From the NCBI GenBank assembly GCA_963727445.1, contig CAVSGI010000010.1, positions 1,504,001 to 1,568,000 of the forward strand: a stretch of 64,000 bases of DNA. Direction: 5' to 3'. The position numbers were made by a program, and so were the translations under genes. The notes under the pieces were generated by a model. The model worked only from the letters and a program-made list of their open reading frames with translations. It did not search any database and was not told the DNA's origin. This stretch comes from an uncultured delta proteobacterium (lineage in GTDB: Bacteria; Myxococcota_A; Polyangia; Polyangiales; B10-G4). Every line of letters begins with the position of its first letter. Position 1 is the first letter of the stretch. Below, one piece after another: positions 57,695 through 64,000 of the stretch.

Positions 57695-58810
57695 CTACCG
57701 GCGCGCCTTCGCGAGCGCTTCCCGTGCCGTGCGCACGGTTCCGTGGCCGTCGAAGTAGCGCGTGGTGGGAACCGGCGCGCGGGCGCGCCCTTGCGCCAAG
57801 ACCGCTTTCGCCTCCTCGGGGGTGAGCACGGCCAAGCAGCTGTCGTAGATGCCGCCGTTGGTCTCCTCGAGCTCGTTGTGTCTGGCGAGCAGCGACGCGA
57901 TCTCAACGGCGAGGGCACGATCCGGCGTTGGCACGAGGAGCGTGGTCAGCGCTGCGTGGTCGGTGCGGAGCTCGGCCAGTCGCGAGGCGAGCACCGCCGA
58001 GCCGGCCTTTCGTGAAGCGGGAAAGAGGATGCGTTCTTCGACGCCGATGTGTCGAAGCAATCGCTCCCGAAAGCGCGCGTAGGTCTCGGAATCGAATGCC
58101 TCGCCGGCGAGCACTCCTCGAAGGAGCTCGTCGATCTCGGAGTGGTCGAGCCCCAGCCAGACGCGCAGGGCATCATGAGGGTCTTCCCGTGGGCGCAGCG
58201 TACGGCCATCCGTCACCACCACGGACATCGGAACGTCGTGAGCTCTCGGTGGGATCTCGGGGAGCAGATCCGACTCGAAGCAGAGGCCGATGGCGAACGT
58301 CGGGTGCGTGGTCAGGTATCGATCGACGTAGCCGCTGCCATGACCGAGCCGTATGCCGGACGGATCGAACGCGAGCCCGACGATGATCGCGGCGTCGATG
58401 GTCTCGTCGATCTGCGCGGCCGGCAGCTGCGGGGCCGTGGCGACGGGTTGGGTCAGGCCGAAGCTCAAGGTCCTCACGGTGCACGGCCACGGATGAACGT
58501 GGATGGACCGGTCGTGACGGTCCGCCCGAGGAACGAAGACCTCTTTGCCCGCGCGCCTCAGTGCTTCGATCAGATCTCGCGTTGTCGGCTCTGCGCCATA
58601 GGACAGGCACACCAGCACTCCGCGGGCGGACGCGATCTCGGGCAAGGCGAGCACACGTTGCGTGATCGAGGTCTCGGCACGCCTCCGCCTCGTGGGGGAG
58701 AGGTTCGGTGGCCGCCTCCCGATGGCCTCGCGGAGCTGTCGCTTGCGCTCCGTCGTCGTGACGGGGGATGAACGTTCCTTTTCTGCGCGGAGCACCATCG
58801 CGTGCATCAT
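57695..58810 (-). CDS. 5-formyltetrahydrofolate cyclo-ligase fused to a C-terminal hemerythrin domain
   Basis: KRQLRE...EP.T..LI...K.VFVPR, IIVGLAFD.SG.RLGHGSGYVDRYL, HDVPMSVVVT; then DH, RHIGVEERILFP, DH, RHNELEE; ATGA overlap with ric. Confidence 0.85.
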   Translation of the reverse strand: MMHAMVLRAEKERSSPVTTTERKRQLREAIGRRPPNLSPTRRRRAETSITQRVLALPEIASARGVLVCLSYGAEPTTRDLIEALRRAGKEVFVPRADRHDRSIHVHPWPCTVRTLSFGLTQPVATAPQLPAAQIDETIDAAIIVGLAFDPSGIRLGHGSGYVDRYLTTHPTFAIGLCFESDLLPEIPPRAHDVPMSVVVTDGRTLRPREDPHDALRVWLGLDHSEIDELLRGVLAGEAFDSETYARFRERLLRHIGVEERILFPASRKAGSAVLASRLAELRTDHAALTTLLVPTPDRALAVEIASLLARHNELEETNGGIYDSCLAVLTPEEAKAVLAQGRARAPVPTTRYFDGHGTVRTAREALAKARR

Positions 58811-59475
58811 CTGGCGTTCAGTGCACGGGGAAAGAGAACGTTGTTCTCGAGGTGGATGTGCTCCATCAGCTCGGACTCGAGCTTGACGAGGCCAGCGTAA
58901 AGGGCGCGCCACGTGGCGCACGCGCCCGGCGGTGCTTCGAGGTCCGAGGTGAGCTCACGAACCCGGCGGAGGTTCGCGCCGTGGTCGTCGTGCTCTTGTG
59001 TCATCACCCGGATCGGCATCTGCACACGCGCACCAGCGGCGCCGGACCGGATGGCGACGAAGAGCACCTGCTCTTCCTTTTCGAGGTGCTGACGCACTTC
59101 GGCGTCCATGTGCGAGAGGTGCTCCGCGAGCCCCCGGGGACATCCCGGCTTGGCCGCGTGGACACGCTCCACCTTCTTCGCGGCCTCGATGAGGACCGGA
59201 AGATCCCGACGCAGGGGCTCGTGGTAGCGCTTCACGATCCGATCGATGAGCTCCGACAGAGGTCGAGTGTCCCAACCGCTGAGCTCCTCGTCGTCCGCTT
59301 CCGCGGCGATCTCCTCGATCACTTCTCGAGGATCGAGGCCGGCCTGCGCGCACGCGTCGCCCAGCTTCTGGCGTCCGCCACAGCAGAAGTCGAGCCGGTG
59401 GCGAAGGAACACGTGGGTGGACGCGGGGTGGTTGGTCGCGACCTGAGCGAGGGTCTGATCAGCATGGATGGTCAT
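58807..59475 (-). CDS. ric: Iron-sulfur cluster repair di-iron protein (RIC/YtfE/ScdA)
   Basis: LDFCCGG, YHEPLR, KVERVH, HLEKEEQVLF, EHDDHG, ACATWRALY, HIHLENNVLFP. Confidence 0.95.
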   Translation of the reverse strand: MTIHADQTLAQVATNHPASTHVFLRHRLDFCCGGRQKLGDACAQAGLDPREVIEEIAAEADDEELSGWDTRPLSELIDRIVKRYHEPLRRDLPVLIEAAKKVERVHAAKPGCPRGLAEHLSHMDAEVRQHLEKEEQVLFVAIRSGAAGARVQMPIRVMTQEHDDHGANLRRVRELTSDLEAPPGACATWRALYAGLVKLESELMEHIHLENNVLFPRALNAR

Positions 59476-59487
59476 GCCCAGCCATGG

Positions 59488-59504
59488 AGCAGAGGGCGCG
59501 CCAA
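59488..59504 (-). promoter_or_regulatory. Sigma-54 -24/-12 promoter of ric
   Basis: Minus strand TTGGCGCGCCCTCTGCT (GG-N10-GC), 12 nt before ric ATG, next to a sigma-54 activator gene. Confidence 0.75.
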
Positions 59505-59532
59505 CACGAATCCCGCGGACTTCTGGTGTGGT

Positions 59533-59594
59533 GTTATCCAAAAGAGTACCCGCCGCATGTCATCATTGGGATGACGCGTTATCATCACCATAAC
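59533..59594. promoter_or_regulatory. Three 17-bp palindromic putative NorR enhancer sites
   Basis: GTTATCCAAAAGAGTAC (59533-59549), GTCATCATTGGGATGAC (59559-59575), GTTATCATCACCATAAC (59578-59594). Confidence 0.65.
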
Positions 59595-61163
59595 GTGGCC
59601 AGCCAAGACCCTCTCCTCTCCATCGCGATCGACCTGACCGCCTCCCTCGCTTCGGGCGATCGGCTCTCCCGGCTCCTGGACGCCGTGCGGCAGGCCATCC
59701 CCTGTGATGCCGCGGCGGTGATGGAGCTCGCAGGTGAGGAGCTCGTCCCTCTCGCCACCCACGGCCTCGCGCCCGAGGTGTTGGGCCGCCGCTTTCATCG
59801 CGGGGAGCACCCACGCCTCGACCTGGTCCTCGCGCGCGAATCACCGATTCGTTTTCCATCCGACAGCGCGCTTCCCGACCCGTATGACGGACTGCTCCTG
59901 GTCAATCCGGACGCGACGCGCGACGTGCACGCGTGCCTGGGATGCCCCCTGCTCGAAGGCGACGCGGTGATCGGCGTGCTCACGGCGGACGCGCTCGAGC
60001 CCGGCGCCTTCGACGACCTCGACGATCACTTCCTGCGGATGATCGGGGCCCTCGCGGGCGCCGCGCTCAACACGGGGCGTTTGATCGAAGCGCTCGAAGC
60101 GACCTCGCGCCGCCACGAGCGCGTCGCCCACGTCCTTCAGCGGGACGCCGCGCTGCGCGAAGGTGGGCATCAGATGATCGGGACGAGCCCGGTGATCCGG
60201 CGAGTGCGCGAGGAGATCGAGCTCGTCGCGCCATCCGACTTCGCGGTGCTCATCACGGGCGAGACCGGCGTCGGCAAGGAGCTCGTCGCGCGATCGCTGC
60301 ACGAACAGTCGCGGCGCCGCGACGAAGCGCTCATCTACGTCAACTGCGCCGCGTTGCCCGAGACGGTCGTGGAGAGCGAGCTCTTCGGCCATCTGCGCGG
60401 CGCGTTCACCGGCGCGACGGCCGACCGCGCGGGGAAGTTCGAGGTCGCGGATCGCGGAACGCTCTTCCTCGACGAGATCGGCGAGCTCCCGCTCTCGGTT
60501 CAGCCGAAGCTCCTTCGCGCGCTGCAAGAGGGCGAGATCCAGCGCGTCGGCTCGGACGAGGTCCTGCGCGTCGATGTGAGGGTGGTGGCGGCGACGAATC
60601 GAGACCTGAGGCGCGAGGTGGAGGCCGGGCGATTTCGCCAGGACCTCTTCCATCGCCTCGAGATGTATCCGATCCACGTCCCCCCGCTCCGGGAGCGCCG
60701 CGCGGACATCCCGATGCTGGCCGGCTTCTTTCTGGACCTCTACCGAAGACGCCTGGGTCTCGGCCCCGTGCGGCTCACGAGCGCCGCCCGAGAGGCCCTC
60801 GTCGGCGCGGATTGGCCCGGCAACGCCCGCGAGCTCGACCATCTCCTCGGCCGCGCCGTTCTGCGGGCGAGCGCGAACACAGACCGGGGAGCGCCCGTTC
60901 GCATCGGGCCCGAGCATCTCCAACTCGAGCCCGCGCGCGAGGCGCTCGCCGCGTCCACCCCGGCATCTCGGCCGAGCGACACCCTGCTCGTCGAGGTGGC
61001 CGACAAGACCTTGAACGACGCGGTCGAAGAGCTGAAGCGGAAGATGGTGCTCCGAGCAGTCGAAGAAAACGACGGCAACTGGGCCGCCGCTGCGAGGTCC
61101 CTCGGCATGGCACGCAGCAACCTGCACCGCATGGCCGAGCGCCTGGGGCTACGGGGGAGCTGA
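59595..61163 (+). CDS. norR: NO-responsive sigma-54-dependent activator NorR (GAF-AAA-HTH); start may be 59571
   Basis: GAF with [79 protein letters not shown]. Confidence 0.92.
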   Translation: MASQDPLLSIAIDLTASLASGDRLSRLLDAVRQAIPCDAAAVMELAGEELVPLATHGLAPEVLGRRFHRGEHPRLDLVLARESPIRFPSDSALPDPYDGLLLVNPDATRDVHACLGCPLLEGDAVIGVLTADALEPGAFDDLDDHFLRMIGALAGAALNTGRLIEALEATSRRHERVAHVLQRDAALREGGHQMIGTSPVIRRVREEIELVAPSDFAVLITGETGVGKELVARSLHEQSRRRDEALIYVNCAALPETVVESELFGHLRGAFTGATADRAGKFEVADRGTLFLDEIGELPLSVQPKLLRALQEGEIQRVGSDEVLRVDVRVVAATNRDLRREVEAGRFRQDLFHRLEMYPIHVPPLRERRADIPMLAGFFLDLYRRRLGLGPVRLTSAAREALVGADWPGNARELDHLLGRAVLRASANTDRGAPVRIGPEHLQLEPAREALAASTPASRPSDTLLVEVADKTLNDAVEELKRKMVLRAVEENDGNWAAAARSLGMARSNLHRMAERLGLRGS

Positions 61164-61269
61164 AGCGCTTCGAGACGAAAGTCAGAATCGCGTGACCGTC
61201 TCGGTTAGAATCTCGCCATCCTCGCACACCCGACCGCGTCGCTCGACGCGGCGAAACAGAGTGACATCG

Positions 61270-62349
61270 ATGCCTCGGCAACTCGTCCCCCTGGCTCTCT
61301 TGTGTCTGGCGCTCGGCTCGGGCGTGACGTCGGGTTGTGGGGGCACGAGCACCGGCCACCGCGGCGGCAGCACGGCAACCGGTGCAGGCGACGCGACGCA
61401 CCCACCGCGATCGCCCGCACGCCACCGCGTGGCTGGCGCCGCGAACCCTCCCCGCGTTCGACCGGGCACGCCCGGGGATGTCGCCGGCGCGATCCTCCTC
61501 GCCGTCGCTGACAACGCGCTCCGCTTCGCCGTGACCGGCATCGAGGGGGCAATCGCGATCGGCAGGTGGTTGATGAGCGAAGGTCCCGGGACGGTCGGAG
61601 AAGCCCTCCTCCGCGCCCTGTGTGAGGCCGAGCGCGCGCCACGGCCGGGCGAAGAGCTCGCGCTCGTGTCCACCGACGAAGCGCCACCCTCAGCGCCGAT
61701 CCTGATCCTCGATGGCTCGATCGGCACGAGCGCGCGGCCCATGCGACTGGAGGCGCGAAGGACCGACGACGACGCCGTGGAGATCGCGGTGTGGGCGGGC
61801 GGCTGGCTCTTGTGCCTGTCGGGGGAGGCCGGCTTGCTCGTCGACGGCCGGTCCATCGAGGAGCTCGACGACTGGCCGGAAGCCATCGAGATGTCCGTTG
61901 AAATGCACGCCGATGACGACATCGCGGCGACCGCCCCGACCGAGGTGTTGCGCCACCCCTTCCTGTTGCGCGCGACACCAGAGCCACGGTCGGACCCGGA
62001 ACGCGGCGCGACCGCCGCCAACACAGCAGCTGCTGACGATGGCGCGTCCTCGATCCCGGTCACGCCAGAGCGCATCCGCGCGGCCCTCCTCGAAGGAAGC
62101 GCGCCGGACCTGGACGCTGGCTCCGGCTCACACCCACGATTGCAAGGCTCCGTGTTTCGCTTCCGCCTCCCGCGCAGCATCGCCCGCGCCGTCTTCAGCG
62201 CCGCACGCGTCGAGCTCGTGCTAGGCAGCGTCCGCGCGCGCTTCGCGCCGAGCGCGTCCAGCGCGGTCACCACCTTCCTGCGAACCCTCGTCGATCCTGC
62301 AGCGCCCGCGTCGAGCGCCGAGCCGGGTCGTCCCCCGCGTGGTTCGTAG
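61270..62349 (+). CDS. Hypothetical lipoprotein
   Basis: MPRQLVPLALLCLALGSGVTSGC lipobox; long ORF. Confidence 0.55.
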   Translation: MPRQLVPLALLCLALGSGVTSGCGGTSTGHRGGSTATGAGDATHPPRSPARHRVAGAANPPRVRPGTPGDVAGAILLAVADNALRFAVTGIEGAIAIGRWLMSEGPGTVGEALLRALCEAERAPRPGEELALVSTDEAPPSAPILILDGSIGTSARPMRLEARRTDDDAVEIAVWAGGWLLCLSGEAGLLVDGRSIEELDDWPEAIEMSVEMHADDDIAATAPTEVLRHPFLLRATPEPRSDPERGATAANTAAADDGASSIPVTPERIRAALLEGSAPDLDAGSGSHPRLQGSVFRFRLPRSIARAVFSAARVELVLGSVRARFAPSASSAVTTFLRTLVDPAAPASSAEPGRPPRGS

Positions 62350-62475
62350 CGGGGGACACCACGAGCACACCTTCAGGATGCTGGGCCGGGGTCACTCGAG
62401 CTTCGGACCCGCGTCTGGCAGAGGCGCTGCGAACGACCGATTCGATCGCGCGGGGCAAAACGGAAGAAGGTGTCC

Positions 62476-64000
62476 GTAACCGTTCACGCCTGACGAAAGC
62501 TTGATCATCTCGATCGCTTACGAGTTCGGAATTTACAGCGGCGAGCGGCTGTGATCTACCGTTCGAGGTGGACCTGGCCGCCGAGAACGCCGCGCTCAAG
62601 GCCGAACTGGCCGCGCGCGACGCTCGTGTCGCGGAGTTGGAGGCGAAGGTCGCTCGTCTCGCCGAGCTGGAATCGGAGCTGGCGAAGCTGCGCGAGCTGC
62701 TCGGTCGTGACTCGAGCAACTCGAATCTACCGCCGTCGAGCGACGGCCCCGGCAAGAGCCGCAATCAGCGCAAAGCCGAGCGCAGGAAGCGCAAGGTCAA
62801 GAAGCGCGGCGGCCAGAAGGGTCACGAGGGCTCGCACCGCGCGCTGCTGCCGGCCGAGCGGATGGACGCGGTCGAGGATTACTTTCCGTGCGCGTGCGGG
62901 CGCTGCGGCCGGAGGCTGCCCCGGGTCGCCGACCCACGAGCGAAGCGCTACCAGCAGACAGATCTCGATCGCGATGGAGTGTTTCGGACGGAGCACCGGC
63001 GCCACCGCGTGACCTGCCCGTCGTGTGGACACCGGACGTGGGCGACGTACGACGACAACGAGATCCCGCGTTCTCCGTTTGGCCCCGGGCTGACGAGCGC
63101 GGTGGTGCTGCTCACGGGCGTGTACCACCTGAGCCGGCGCAAGACGGTGAGCTTGTTGTGGGAGCTGCTCGGCGTGCGGATGTCGGTGGGAAGCGTCAGC
63201 GGGATCGAGAAACGGATGAGCGCAGCCGTGGCGCCCGCGGTGGACGAAGCGTGGGAGCACGCGAGAGCCGCGAGCGTCAAGCATGCCGATGGCACGACCT
63301 GGCTTCGCGCGGGCGTGGCGCTGTCCCTATGGGTCATCGCGACGGCGGCGGTCTCCGTGTTCAAGGTCCTGCCCAACGGCCGGGGCAAGACGCTGCGCGA
63401 CAAGCTCTTCGTCGAGGTCCGCGGCATCCTGGTCAGCGACCGAGCGACGGCGCTGAAGTTCTGGGCGATGAAAAAGCGCCAAGTCTGCTGGGCTCACCTG
63501 CTTCGCAAGTTCGTCTCCTTCTCGCAGCGCGCCGGCCCGGCCGAATCCATCGGCAAGGAGCTGCTCGACTACACGGCGATCCTCTTCGACTACTGGTCCA
63601 AGTACCAACACGGCGAGCTGAGCCGCACGGCGTTCGTCGAGCGGATGGCACCGGTGCGTCTTCAGGTCGAGGCCACGCTCGAGCGCGCGGTGGCGATGGG
63701 CGAGGACGAGCTGTCCGGCTCTTGCGCCGACATCCTCGCGCACCGCGAGGCCCTGTGGACCTTCGTCGACCGCAACGGCGTCGAGCCGACGAACAACCAC
63801 GCCGAGCGCGAGCTGCGCGCGTTCGTGCTCTGGCGCAAGCGCTCGTTCGGCACCCAGAGTGAACACGGAGATTGGTTCGCCGAGCGGATGATGACCATCG
63901 CGCACACGGCGCGAAAGCAGGGCATCGCCGTCCTCGACTTCCTCACCGCCTGCTGCGAGGCGAAGCTCGAGGGGGCAGACGCCCCGTCGCTCTTCGACCG
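62476..64000 (+). mobile_element. IS66-family insertion sequence (single-ORF, ISBst12-group-like), right end outside window
   Basis: Left end GTAACCGTTCAC at 62476 (IS66 ends begin GTAA) followed by transposase; no accessory tnpA/tnpB ORFs. Confidence 0.85.
62568..64000 (+). CDS. IS66 transposase (partial at 3' end)
   Basis: Hand translation from GTG 62568: coiled coil, DSSNSNLPPSSD, GGQKGH, C..CG / CPSCG zinc finger, HADGT, LVSDR, QVCWAHLLR, EPTNNHAERELR..V.WRK.S.GTQS. Confidence 0.93.
   Translation, partial: MDLAAENAALKAELAARDARVAELEAKVARLAELESELAKLRELLGRDSSNSNLPPSSDGPGKSRNQRKAERRKRKVKKRGGQKGHEGSHRALLPAERMDAVEDYFPCACGRCGRRLPRVADPRAKRYQQTDLDRDGVFRTEHRRHRVTCPSCGHRTWATYDDNEIPRSPFGPGLTSAVVLLTGVYHLSRRKTVSLLWELLGVRMSVGSVSGIEKRMSAAVAPAVDEAWEHARAASVKHADGTTWLRAGVALSLWVIATAAVSVFKVLPNGRGKTLRDKLFVEVRGILVSDRATALKFWAMKKRQVCWAHLLRKFVSFSQRAGPAESIGKELLDYTAILFDYWSKYQHGELSRTAFVERMAPVRLQVEATLERAVAMGEDELSGSCADILAHREALWTFVDRNGVEPTNNHAERELRAFVLWRKRSFGTQSEHGDWFAERMMTIAHTARKQGIAVLDFLTACCEAKLEGADAPSLFD

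Noticed and set aside
62888..63862. 324-aa ORF as an IS accessory gene
   Set aside because: It is an out-of-frame shadow of the transposase, which reads from 62568 to the window end in another frame.

Overview
High-GC bacterial chromosomal segment whose gene content points to a myxobacterium, probably Polyangiales/Sandaracinus-like (inference). It carries three Ser/Thr kinases, TPR/PEGA proteins, an ECF sigma/FecR module, a myxobacterial Cys-rich repeat and many lipoproteins with D/A/G-rich linkers. I support about 60 CDS and saw no rRNA, tRNA or CRISPR array. Recognisable modules: a cluster of right-handed beta-helix lipoproteins (9.5-16.3 kb), a sigma-54/NorR nitrosative-stress locus (norR, ric and a 5-formyl-THF cyclo-ligase-hemerythrin fusion), and an IS66-family element running off the right end. 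Most unusual observations: (1) a 588-aa lipoprotein (16616-18382) that looks like a patchwork of about nine short signature peptides from unrelated families (Hcp, VgrG, DUF1559 pilin-like, RTX, dockerin-like); (2) a circularly permuted solute-binding protein (640-1446); (3) a 77-bp hairpin element with perfect 28-bp arms at two loci, each with a partial tandem duplication; (4) three 17-bp GT-N13-AC palindromes where NorR boxes are normally GT-N7-AC; (5) a TAnnnT hexamer 6-8 nt before many start codons, suggesting widespread leaderless transcription. All family calls come from reading motifs by eye; no database searches were run.
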